DNA of 63,995 nucleotides, counting the filler, from Octopus bimaculoides (taxonomy: Eukaryota), in assembly GCF_001194135.2 (NCBI RefSeq). It is 7 parts of 7 records of this genome, joined end to end, with 100 filler letters (N's around TTAATTAATTAA, not from the genome) between each part and the next. Parts side by side here need not be neighbours in the genome. Positions count along the whole stretch, not along the records: positions 44,720 to 56,237 come from NC_068988.1; positions 56,338 to 60,301 come from NC_068982.1; positions 60,402 to 63,995 come from NC_068996.1; 4 more parts are not named here. The stretch is one strand, 5' to 3'. The position numbers were made by a program, and so were the translations under genes. Shown one piece after another: positions 51,786 to 63,244 of this stretch (positions within the stretch are counted from its first letter, which is position 1; each line of letters opens with the position of its first letter). The notes beneath the pieces are model-generated. The model did no database searches. It was not told where the DNA came from and saw only the letters and a list, made by a program, of their open reading frames with translations.

Positions 51786-52695
51786 AAGACTCATAAATCT
51801 GATCATAGTGAACAGCTTAGAAACACTTACATACAAACATATGTTACACACGAACTTGTCAACATACTTACACATATGCACTTATTGACTTAAAAACTTG
51901 TAGAAACTCATAAAAACAAAATACAGATATTTAACCAATAAACAGACATACAGATAAAAACATGCACAAACTCCGAAAAACAAATAGGCAGAAACATATA
52001 TACCTCCCGTCATGCATAAACTAACACACATACAAAAAACTCGCAACATAAGTTTCTTTTTTCATTTACGTTGAACCCAAAACGTCACATCAAAACTTCA
52101 CCATAAAGCACATAATACTCTTTTCGTTAATTTCTTGTGAGATTTTTCGATATGGTGTCAGAATGAGAAATTTGTGTATTTTTATATCCGACCATTGTTT
52201 AGGCTGCACTGTGAGGGGACTTAACAGGACTGATGTTGTTACACTTATGACAATGGGAATTCTAAAACCAAAGCCGCGATTTCTCGAAGCGCAATAATTT
52301 CTCCTGTCTCAGCTTGAACGGTTTTCACAAATGGGAGTTGTGATAAAAGCTGCAATCACAATATATTGGTGCCATACACTTTATAGTTGTTTTGTTTTTT
52401 TTAAAACATTTTCTCGTAAATAATACGGTGGATTCCACTTAATAGACCAAGCAAATCTTCATTGTTGTAAAGACAAGAGTGAATGTTACAATATCTACGG
52501 TTTCTTTGAAATAGATACTCACGGTTGGAATATAATTTTTATTAGATTGAGGAAAGACATTGTCTATAGCATCCGTGGGAATTTTAAACTATATGGAAGG
52601 ATAAGTGCGTGAGGTTAAATCACTTTACATATAGTCTGAAATCTTACTGACTTAGTGCTAGGAATAAGCGGGGTAAAACATTGGGAAAAATGATA

Positions 52696-52862
52696 CAGGC
52701 GTAGGCGTGACTCTGTGGTAAGAAGCTTACTTCTCAATCACATGGTTCCGGGTTCAGTGCTACTGCATGACAACTTGGGTAAATGTCTTCTTTTATAGTC
52801 TCGGGCTGACCAAAGCCTTGTGAGTGGATCTGGTAGACGGAAACTGAAAGAAGCCCATCGTA
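52696..52862 (+). mobile_element. SINE family B head, running into microsatellite and gap
   Basis: GGCGTGACTCTGTGGTAAGAAGCTT...GAAACTGAAAGAAGCCCATCG. Confidence 0.85.
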
Positions 52863-52875
52863 TACATACATACAT

Positions 52876-52928
<53 letters not shown>

Positions 52929-53204
52929 NNNNNNNNNNNNNNNNNNNNNNNNNNNNNNNNNNNNNNNNNNNNNNNNNNNNNNNNNNNNNNNNNNNNNNNN
53001 NNNNNNNNNNNNNNNNNNNNNNNNNNNNNNNNNNNNNNNNNNNNNNNNNNNNNNNNNNNNNNNNNNNNNNNNNNNNNNNNNNNNNNNNNNNNNNNNNNNN
53101 NNNNNNNNNNNNNNNNNNNNNNNNNTATATATATTGTTGTACTTGGGGATGTTCATATTGCCAGTTTAGCCAATATATATATATATATATATCAGTGACG
53201 ACTC

Positions 53205-53662
53205 CGCCACTCGGGCTGTTCAGGATTAGCCCGAATATAAATTTGGTAATGTGAACGTGTATTTGCAAGCCGATTTAATTTCTGCTAACACTGACTTCAA
53301 GTGTGTAATTGCAGCCAAAAAATCAGGCTCCTTTTATTGAGCCTGATCGCAGGTCATTCATTTTCCTTCAGCGTCTGGCGATCGTCTTAGAGTTGCCCTG
53401 TGTCAAAAAATATCATTCGTAGCAGATGTTCTCTCGACATCGTTCACACGCGCCTGATTCGGTCTCAGAAGTTACAGCCCGAGTTGTTATCTACAATCGT
53501 AAAAATTAAAAGTAATTCAAATTCTAAGTTTTCTTGAAACAATACATTTCTATAGGGATTAGGATTTAAATTCCAATCTATGAAAAGTTTCCGCTCTACA
53601 ATATTCTTAAAGGGACAAAAAATTACCCAGCAACTCGGGCTGAGACGAACGAGCCTGGTAGG
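53205..53662. repeat. Unclassified element with inverted repeats and hairpins
   Basis: Perfect 12-bp inverted repeat CAGCCCGAGTTG (53475-86) / CAACTCGGGCTG (53631-42); hairpins at 53211-53234 and about 53322-53347. Confidence 0.4.
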
Positions 53663-53956
53663 TTTAAAAGACTAACTGGCATCTCTTGTCAAGAGTACAA
53701 GCGACAGTCAGATCGCTGATGTTTGTTGTACACTCCGCTGTCGTTATTTGCTTGTTGTTATTCTGTGTGTCTGTGTGTAAAGATCAGTTGTGTTTTCCAG
53801 GGTTGCTTTATTTTAACTCTTAACTTAGAAGTGGAGAAAGATATAGTGCTAGATATATATAAAAAAAGCCATTCGGCTAGAAATAAAGCAGAAAAACGTG
53901 AAATTCTTTGAGCAGGCCTGTGTCTTATGTGAAGTCTGTGATGAGCCCGAGTGATG

Positions 53957-53998
<42 letters not shown>

Positions 53999-54548
53999 NN
54001 NNNNNNNNNNNNNNNNNNNNNNNNNNNNNNNNNNNNNNNNNNNNNNNNNNNNNNNNNNNNNNNNNNNNNNNNNNNNNNNNNNNNNNNNNNNNNNNNNNNN
54101 NNNNNNNNNNNNNNNNNNNNNNNNNNNNNNNNNNNNNNNNNNNNNNNNNNNNNNNNNNNNNNNNNNNNNNNNNNNNNNNNNNNNNNNNNNNNNNNNNNNN
54201 NNNNNNNNNNNNNNNNNNNNNNNNNNNNNNNNNNNNNNNNNNNNNNNNNNNNNNNNNNNNNNNNNNNNNNNNNNNNNNNNNNNNNNNNNNNNNNNNNNNN
54301 NNNNNNNNNNNNNNNNNNNNNNNNNNNNNNNNNNNNNNNNNNNNNNNNNNNNNNNNNNNNNNNNNNNNNNNNNNNNNNNNNNNNNNNNNNNNNNNNNNNN
54401 NNNNNNNNNNNNNNNNNNNNNNNNNNNNNNNNNNNNNNNNNNNNNNNNNNNNNNNNNNNNNNNNNNNNNNNNNNNNNNNNNNNNNNNNNNNNNNNNNNNN
54501 NNNNNNNNNNNNNNNNNNNNNNNNNNNNNNNNNNNNNNNNNNNNNNNN

Positions 54549-55520
54549 GAAATACTTAGCGGTATTTCGTCTGTCTTTGTGTTCTGAGCTCAAATTCCGC
54601 CGAGGTCGACTTTGCCTTTCATCCTCTCGGGATCGATAAATTAAGCAAAATTCAGTTGCGTATTGGGGTCGATCTAATCGACTGGGCCCCTCCCCAAAAT
54701 GTCCAGGCCTTGTACCTAGAGTAGAAAAGATTATTTTCAATTCTGCCTAGGCCGACTTTGCTTTCATCCTTTCGTGATCGGTAAATTAAGTACCACTTGC
54801 GTACTGGGATCGATCTAATCAACTGGGCTCCTCCCCCAAAATTTCGGGCCTTGTGCCTAGAGTAGAAAAGAATCGAAAGTACGCCGGGAAAAATGCTTAG
54901 CGGTATTTCATCCGTCTTTACGTTCTTAGTTTAAATGCCATCAAGGTCGACTTTACCTTTCATCATTTCGGGTTCGATAAAATAAGTACCAGTTAAGTGC
55001 TGGGTCAATATAATAGACACGCCCCTGCTCTCAAAATGTCAGGATCCGTACCTATAGAGGAAAGGATTATTATCTCCACCCCCCACAAAAGGCGGTGAGA
55101 TAGCAAAATCGGAAAAAATGTCTGGCGGAAATTCTTCCAACTTTACGTTCCGAGTTCAACTTCCGCCGTCGTTGACTTTGCCTTTCATCCTTTTGAGATT
55201 GATAAAAATAAGAACCAGCCAAGTGCCGGGGTCGATGTTACCGACTTACTCCCTCCACGAACGTGCTGGTTTTGTGCCAAAATTTGAAATCATTATTAAT
55301 ACTCCAAGGCGGCGTGTAGGCAGAATCGTTACCGTACCAGAAAAATGCTTAGCGGCATTTCTTTCGACTTTATGTTCTGTGTTCAAATTCCACCGTAGTC
55401 GACTTTGCCTTTCATCCTTTCAGGGTCAATAAAATAAGTATCAGTCAAGCACCGGGGGTCAATGTAATCGACTAGTCCCTCACAACAAAATTTCAGGCCT
55501 TGTGCCTATAGAAGAAAGAG
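54549..55520 (+). mobile_element. Head-to-tail array of about five family A SINEs
   Basis: GTCGACTTTGCCTTTCATCCT-type motif recurs several times in the same orientation. Confidence 0.85.
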
Positions 55521-56337
55521 CCATTACTCCTCCAAGTTCTAAATTAGGAATCGTGCAATGTGTAAGAGTAGGTGGAAGTTGTATCGTCATAGAATTATGA
55601 AAGTACGATTTGTTACCAGTTCAAATATGCTTGAGGCTTATTCGAGCCCGTAAGAAAGTCGTTCTTTGTATATTGTCACGGAGAAAATCTCTCGCGGTCG
55701 ACAGAAAGGTGTAGAAACACACCGAGTCAGTTAACACCGGTCCCTAACCAGACAGTTGGGTGCATACATTTCGGAGTGGATCATAACAGCACTAGCGACA
55801 ACAACAACTGCAACAATAATTCCTTGAACCAGAAGGTAATTTCTTACGAAGGCTAACTTCATTAAATGGAATTAATAATTGGGTTTCGTTTCCTGTTTTA
55901 TGCCCATCACTCTCATTCTTTGTTTATCATATCTGTAAGAAAGACAGGATATTCACATATAATTTACCTTCCCTTATCTAAACCTCATGTTATATATATA
56001 TATATATATATATAGTGTAGTATATTGCCACTTAAGTGTGGCTGACCCCTAGGGGTGGATGTTACTGTTGCTTTTAGCCCCAGGAGGACATCTCCTCCAG
56101 CTGGCTTATCGACACACGACTGTGTCCTGTTTGCCAAGGGAGTTATCCCTCTCACCACGACCAGCAGCACGAACGTATCCGGATTTCAGGGTTATTTCCC
56201 TTCTTCGGCGTTCGACAGCTGATGACCTTGGTGAGAGNNNNNNNNNNNNNNNNNNNNNNNNNNNNNNNNNNNNNNNNNNNNTTAATTAATTAANNNNNNN
56301 NNNNNNNNNNNNNNNNNNNNNNNNNNNNNNNNNNNNN

Positions 56338-56455
56338 TAAACATAAGAGCACCACAGCAAACCACAGCACATACCCAAGGCGCACAGAGCTGCGCTCGGT
56401 AGTGAAGTGAAAGCACGTTATAAAAATAAAACTACTGAATAATAATAATAATAAT
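56338..56455 (+). mobile_element. Dong/R4 3' UTR ending in (TAA)n
   Basis: Essentially identical to the reverse complement of 63600-63715. Confidence 0.8.
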
Positions 56456-56759
56456 AATAATGATGATGATGATGATGATGATGATAATAATAATAAGCAA
56501 ATATCCAATAAAATAAACAACCACCAACAGGTCGTATAAAAACAGAAGAACACAACTTGCCATACATACACAACATACAATACAAATATTGATTCAACAA
56601 AAACCTACAACCAGATCCTAAAGCAAAAATTCTAACTTCATGGAATTTTGTGACAGTGAAGTATGCAGTGTTGTTCTCCTCTATCAAAATTCATATGCTG
56701 AGATGATGGGCGCAATCTATGAAATGTGGATCACTGGACTACACTCAGATATACGTTTT

Positions 56760-57400
56760 GCAAAAAATTAGATTAGATATTCTTTCTTAGGATTCTTGCA
56801 GCATATAAGATGGTACTTTTCTGACGGCCAGTAATGCAAGTTCAATTCCAATTTCTTTCGGTCTTTTAGGTAGCATTCAATCACTGCAGGAATAAATGTT
56901 GTCTTGGTCTTCCACAGTCTCCCCTGTTCTCTAGCTAGATCCTGAGCGTGCAGATGTTATCATGGGAGTATGGTGCCCTGATAGACCCAAGTGGACTTTC
57001 TAAATTTTAAACAACTATTCTATTTTAATTATTGTTCTTTATAGTACACTTTTTATTCATTAAGTGTAAATCCTGTCTAATTATATACCGCAGAACGTCT
57101 TCCACACCACCCATCGTTTTGGTGTAACTTCTCTGTCTTGTTATATATCTTTTCTAAGATCTCTGTTTACGTTTATCTTACCCAGTTTTCCCTTTTTCTT
57201 TCCAGTCTGTTCCAGAATTTACTCCGGTACATGGAGCACATTTTATTAGCATTCTTGCTTAAGATGTTTCCAACTTTTTCTAATTATTTTCTGGCTACAC
57301 TAATCCGATCGCGTTTGTATCCAGATAATTGCATGCTATAGATGAAAACCCTGCATATACTTTCTACATTCATACATTCATAGCATGAATACATATGATC
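56760..57400 (-). mobile_element. Degraded Dong/R4-like fragment
   Basis: DLARE..RLWKTKTTFIPAVI and LYAARILRK-like segments in shifting frames. Confidence 0.45.
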
Positions 57401-57429
57401 CTTTCTAGGTCTGCTATCAAGATGCTTGT

Positions 57430-58030
57430 GGAGGCGCAATGGCCCAGTGGTCAGGGCAGCGGACTCGCGGTCATAGGATCGCGGTTTCGATTCCCAGACC
57501 AGGCGTTGTGAGTGTTTATTGAGCGAAAACACCTAAAGCTCCACGAGGCTCCGGCAGGGGATGGTGGCGAACCCTGCTGTACTCTTTCACCACAACTTTC
57601 TCTCACTCTTACTTCCTGTTTCTGTTGTGCCTGTAATTCAAAGGGTCAGCCTTGTCACACTGTGTCACGCTGAATATCCCCGAGAACTATGTTAAGGGTA
57701 CACGTGTCTGTGGAGTGCTCAGCCANNNNNNNNNNGAGCGAAAACACCTAAAGCTCCACGAGGCTCCGGCAGGGGATGGTGGCGAACCCTGCTGTACTCT
57801 TTCACCACAACTTTCTCTCACTCTTACTTCCTGTTTCTGTTGTGCCTGTAATTCAAAGGGTCAGCCTTGTCACACTGTGTCACGCTGAATATCCCCGAGA
57901 ACTATGTTAAGGGTACACGTGTCTGTGGAGTGCTCAGCCACTTGCACGTTAATTTCACGAGCAGGCTGTTCCGTTGATCGGATCAACTGGAACCCTCGAC
58001 GTCGTAAGCGACGGAGTGCCAACAACAACA
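57430..58030 (+). mobile_element. SINE family C (about 205 bp duplicated across a 10-N gap)
   Basis: GGAGGCGCAATGGCCCAGTGG..GGTTTCGATTCCC head; tail GACGGAGTGCCAACAACAAC. Confidence 0.85.
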
Positions 58031-59424
58031 AGATGCTTGCTTTTGCGTTTGGTGGCATAGAAGAGGTCTGGAGTTCTAGGGGCTTATTGGTGGTCTATTT
58101 AGATTCGATATTTGCAATAAGAAATAACCCCATGAATTGAATTATAAAACAACTGCTAAAATCATCGACATAAAGGGATATGAGGGACTACGTTCAGAAT
58201 TTTTAGCCTATATTTCGTTCATAATTTGACATATGGCGTTATTTCAAATCGTACGCATGGAATTCAGCTGCAGCACCTTTGGTTAATTTGTCCTGCGAAA
58301 TAACTGAACAAGTAACTTCTAAAGATAAAAATAGCGCAGTTGAAAAATAGCAGAAAAATATTTTACATTACCTAATTAGAGAGAGACAGAGAGACAGAGA
58401 GACAGAGGGTGCGGAAAGATACGGGGGAGATGTACCAGTGAAGTGTAGCGTAATGTGTGACGTGGTTACTTGGCAAGCGATAAACAAGTGGTTTGTGTTC
58501 CATTGGTAGATCTCACTTTTTTGTCACAAATAACACACACACACACACACACACANNNNNNNNNNNNNNNNNNNNNNNNNNNNNNNNNNNNNNNNNNNNN
58601 NNNNNNNNNNNNNNNNNNNNNNNNNNNNNNNNNNNNNNNNNNNNNNNNNNNNNNNNNNNNNNNNNNNNNNNNNNNNNNNNNNNNNNNNNNNNNNNNNNNN
58701 NNNNNNNNNNNNNNNNNNNNNNNNNNNNNNNNNNNNNNNNNNNNNNNNNNNNNNNNNNNNNNNNNNNNNNNNNNNNNNNNNNNNNNNNNNNNNNNNNNNN
58801 NNNNNNNNNNNNNNNNNNNNNNNNNNNNNNNNNNNNNNNNNNNNNNNNNNNNNNNNNNNNNNNNNNNNNNNNNNNNNNNNNNNNNNNNNNNNNNNNNNNN
58901 NNNNNNNNNNNNNNNNNNNNNNNNNNNNNNNNNNNNNNNNNNNNNNNNNNNNNNNNNNNNNNNNNNNNNNNNNNNNNNNNNNNNNNNNNNNNNNNNNNNN
59001 NNNNNNNNNNNNNNNNNNNNNNNNNNNNNNNNNNNNNNNNNNNNNNNNNNNNNNNNNNNNNNNNNNNNNNNNNNNNNNNNNNNNNNNNNNNNNNNNNNNN
59101 NNNNNNNNNNNNNNNNNNNNNNNNNNNNNNNNNNNNNNNNNNNNNNNNNNNNNNNNNNNNNNNNNNNNNNNNNNNNNNNNNNNNNNNNNNNNNNNNNNNN
59201 NNNNNNNNNNNNNNNNNNNNNNNNNNNNNNNNNNNNNNNNNNNNNNNNNNNNNNNNNNNNNNNNNNNNNNNNNNNNNNNNNNNNNNNNNNNNNNNNNNNN
59301 NNNNNNNNNNNNNNNNNNNNNNNNNNNNNNNNNNNNNNNNNNNNNNNNNNNNNNNNNNNNNNNNNNNNNNNNNNNNNNNNNNNNNNNNNNNNNNNNNNNN
59401 NNNNNNNNNNNNNNNNNNNNNNNN

Positions 59425-59497
<73 letters not shown>

Positions 59498-59793
59498 GTT
59501 GCGTGTATGTGTGTGTGTACGCGAATTATGTATAATATATAATTGTGCGTTGTGTATAGAGTTGTTTCTCCATAGCTAAAACTTTCGTACACTTGGTTAT
59601 TAGCCAGCCGTACTTATCAGTGAGCCTCAAACTATTTCAGGAATAGTGTTGGAAAAGGGCTGACTAATCCTAAGCGTACGAAACCTTTAGGTCTGTGGAA
59701 ATAGTCTAGTAAAAACAGACCTTGCACACGTCTAACACATGAGTACTTTGCATCTGTTCACAATAACAAATTAATAATAGCTACCATTCTACC

Positions 59794-59825
<32 letters not shown>

Positions 59826-59840
59826 CACAAATTATATATT

Positions 59841-60219
59841 CTCTTTTTCTCTTTTACTTGTTTCAGTCATTTGACTGGGGCCATGCTGGAGCACCCCTTT
59901 AGTCGAGAAAATCGACCCCAGGACTTATTCTTTGTAAGCCCAGTACTTATTCTATCGGTGTCTTTTTGCCGAACCGCTAAGTTATCGGTTGTCGCGCGAT
60001 GGTGGGGGACAAACACAGATACACAAACACACATACATATATATATATATATACGACGAGCTTCTTTCAGTTTCCGTCTACCAAATCCACTCACAAGGCT
60101 TTGGTCGGCACGAGGCTATAGTAGAAGACACTTGCCCAAGGTCCCACGCAGTGGTACTGAAACCCGGAACCATGTGGCTGGTAAGCAAGCTATTTACCAC
60201 ACAGACATTCCTGCGCCTA
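59841..60219 (-). mobile_element. SINE family B, full length
   Basis: Head, CORE-like centre, internal (TA)n/(GT)n and tail ATGACTGAAACAAGTAAAAGAG. Confidence 0.85.
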
Positions 60220-60401
60220 TGTATATATATGTATATATATACAATAACACAAATTAATAATATATACATATAGCTTCCGTTCTACCTATATACATATATA
60301 TNNNNNNNNNNNNNNNNNNNNNNNNNNNNNNNNNNNNNNNNNNNNTTAATTAATTAANNNNNNNNNNNNNNNNNNNNNNNNNNNNNNNNNNNNNNNNNNN
60401 N

Positions 60402-60770
60402 TGAAGACGAAAACAATACCTATTGTCATAGGTGCCCTGGGAATGACAGCGAAACGGGCTGATTACTACCTAGCTCAGATACCAGGAAACCCCAAAATGG
60501 CTGAAGTTCAAAAGATAGTGCTGATGGGAACTGCCCATATCCTACGTAAAATACTGTCTATGTGATCTCAAATTTTAAAGCAAACACATAATTTTCTTAT
60601 GGTTTCTCAAACATTCACTTGAACAAAACTGTACAAATCCAAATATATGGTACCCTAGGCATAACACCTACATGAACTTCTAACTTGTCTCTTGAGGTCT
60701 CTGGGTGAGACTTGGATCTAACTTGTACAAATGCAAAACAAAAGTCAACCATAAAATAATAATAATAATA
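60402..60770 (+). mobile_element. Dong/R4-clade LINE 3' end (second family)
   Basis: KTKTIPIVIGALG...QKIVLMGTAHILRKILSM* (stop at 60565); 3' UTR hairpin GTCTC..GAGAC; (TAA)n tail. Confidence 0.8.
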
Positions 60771-60815
60771 GACAATACGAAGAGCACGATGCGATTGCAG
60801 TAGATGTTCTATTGG

Positions 60816-60858
60816 TTGAGCGATATTTCAACAGCTAACCTGTCTTTGTCAAGTTCAA
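60816..60858 (-). ncRNA. Minimal type I hammerhead, U3:A8 variant
   Basis: TTGAAC-TTGACAA-A-GACAG-gttag-CTGTT-GAAA-TATC-GCTCAA. Confidence 0.6.
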
Positions 60859-62498
60859 AATGAAAAGTGATACATAGAAATTCAAAATGATAGAAATTCA
60901 AATCCAAAATTTGAACGAGGCAACCAACCTTCCAACGTTGATGGAATGGCATCATTAGTATTCAATTTTCAAGTTTACAACTGGCAAGAAGAAAAAGAAA
61001 GAGAAAAAAAGAACACAACAGAAAAAATGGTTTGTGCAAATATGATGAAATTCTCCTGTCAGTTTATTCATCCCTTTATATATAATTATCCTCATGTATT
61101 TTGAGCATTGACAGTGTAGCAGATTCTGAATATTTTGTGAGAATATGCACTTTCAAGTCTTTTTCAAAATTGCACCCGTTTGATGTAAAATGTTTGGCAA
61201 GTTCTGCGGAACTATTGTTATTTTGCCTTACGTAATATCTGTGCTTACTGAATCTTTTGTTTAATTGTTCTGTTGTACAAGCAACATAAATCAAGTTGTG
61301 TTTGGTGCATTCTGCTGCGTACACCAAATGGGAATCTCTACACATCTTACCTTCCATGTAAATCTTAACATTTCTGTTATGATTCCTGGTGGAATCGACT
61401 TGACTCATGTTGTTTCACAATGAACAGTACTTACCTCTATTGCAGCTGTTCTTGAAGGAACAGCGTGCAGAAACTCCAATGTTAGTTTTTTTGGAGTCAG
61501 AAATAGAGGTTAATAATTCTCTCATATTTTTATTCTGTCTAAAGGCTACAATAGGTAGCTGAGGTAATATATCTTTGAAACGAGGATATTTTTCAGCAAC
61601 ATGCTGGTAACTCTCATGTAACACTTTTGAAATGCCAGCGAAATTTCGGTGCCAGTTAATCTCTAAAGAAATTTTGTCACATATTGTACTTTGTTAAAAT
61701 TATGCATGAAAGTTTGAATTTCCTTGCTAATCTTAGCTATGTCATTTGCAATTTTATTTAATCGGGATTCACTGTAACCGTGTTTGGCATAATAGTGTAC
61801 AAAAGCATTTGCATGTTTCCCTTATATCAGTACTCATCCGTTTTATCCTAAAAAACTGGGATTTCGGATTTGACCGAATTACATGATGTGGACGATCGAA
61901 GCGGCGGTGAAGGTAAATGTGAAATGACGTAGGCCTGCAAAATAACACCGTCAGTATTCTACCTTCAGTAAATTTAACTTTTGTGTTCAAAACTTCAACG
62001 CTAGTTTTTGAAAAACTAGACGTAAATTTATGTTGGACTTAACCCATATTTTTAGCATAGCAGTCACGGAAATGCAAAAAGTCAAACTATCCTGTGGTCC
62101 TTCTCAGACAAAAAGGACGTCATCAACGAACCATAACCGGAGTATTGGCTCATGACCATGTAGCGATGTGAATATCTTCAGAAACTGTGTCTCGAATTTT
62201 GTCATGAAGACATTAGCGAAATTAACTGTCATGAGGGTACCCATCCCGCAACCCCTCGTCTGGTGTTAACATTTTTGTTCGGGATAGACGTTCCGAAGCA
62301 CTAGTGGAGTTTCTTGAATCGTGTCAGACAGGCATTGGACAAAGTCTTAAAACGAGTGGAAAGAAGTCCTGGAATAACCTCACAAATTTCCAGCGTTATG
62401 CAATCCGCCGTCTAGCTAATAATGATTCTATTGTTATCAAAATGGCGGATAAGGGAGGCATTTGAATTTCTTTATTTTGAATTTCTCTGTTTCACTTT

Positions 62499-62541
62499 TT
62501 GAACTCGACAAAGACAGGCAAGCTGTCGAAATATCGTTGAA
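62499..62541 (+). ncRNA. Minimal type I hammerhead, second copy (U4 changed to C)
   Basis: TTGAAC-TCGACAA-A-GACAG-gcaag-CTGTC-GAAA-TATC-GTTGAA. Confidence 0.55.
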
Positions 62542-62579
62542 CCAATAAAACATCTATTTCAATTGCAATAATATTGTCT

Positions 62580-62952
62580 GTGATCTCATATCAACATTAA
62601 CAATGCATGACCTTGCAGGTGGGGCCCAGTTAGAATTTTCTTCGGGTCGAGTAGCCCATCCCTCTCAAAAAGTCCCTGAATAAGGGTTGTTTAAGGATGT
62701 TGAATGAAAGACTGTCTCCAGAGGTGAATTATCCAAACTCCAAAGAATTCTTTTCAATACACTACCTCTGGTCTAATCAGAGATGCATATATCGTCAGCC
62801 ACTAAGGGACATTCTCAACTGGTTAATGTAAAGCAACTGACAAGCAAATCTGTTGTACTGAGCATCTTTTTATACCAAGAGAAAAAATATACATGATATC
62901 AGTTAAGATCAAAAACCATGAGAACCACAGCCTGGTACTGCTTCAAGGCATT
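62580..62952 (-). repeat. Family D repeat, longest copy
   Basis: Reverse complement starts ATGCCTTGAAGCAGTACCAGG right after (GAA)n; homologous to 2074-2353. Confidence 0.65.
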
Positions 62953-63243
62953 TCTTCTTCTTCTTCTTCTTCTTCTTCTTCTTCTTCTTCTTCTTCTTCT
63001 TCTTCTTCTTCTTCTTCTTCTTCTTCTTCTTCTTCTTCTTCTTCTNNNNNNNNNNNNNNNNNNNNNNNNNNNNNNNNNNNNNNGTTCTTGTTCTTCTTCT
63101 TCTTCTTCTTCTTCTTCTTGTTCTTCTTCTTCTTCTTCTTCTTCTTCTTCTTCTTCTTCTTCTTCTTCTTCTCCTTCTTCTTCTTCTTCTTCTTCTTCTT
63201 CTTCTTCTTCTTCTTCTTCTTCTTCTTCTTCTTCTTCTTCTTC
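62953..63243. repeat. (TTC)n microsatellite with gap
   Basis: Direct reading. Confidence 0.95.
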
Positions 63244-63244
63244 A

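Larger units (their letters stand above)
60771..62578 (-). mobile_element. Penelope-like element (Neptune-like), rearranged, with inverted terminal repeats
   Basis: - strand: RT thumb (LFCRPT..SNPKSQFFRIKR) and GIY-YIG (LVYAAECTKHNLIYVACT..LNKRFSKH). + strand: NLTNFQRYAIRRLANNDSIVIKMADKGG. 60771-60905 is inverted to 62461-62578. Confidence 0.85.

Noticed and set aside
57430-57500. tRNA-like sequences at SINE heads
   Set aside because: They have A/B boxes but no complete cloverleaf and continue into SINE bodies; they are not tRNA genes.
57520-57940. About 205 bp tandem duplication inside a SINE
   Set aside because: The identical copies are separated by a 10-N gap and absent from the sister copy at 50591-50976; this is an uncollapsed contig overlap.
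4295-59592. Long ORFs of 200-430 aa in the ORF track
   Set aside because: They consist of X runs across N gaps or microsatellite translations (CV, HT, YI repeats).
16250-60357. Six identical TTAATTAATTAA motifs, superficially like a regularly spaced repeat or homeodomain sites
   Set aside because: Each is centred in a 44N+12+44N block; this is an assembly spacer, not biology.
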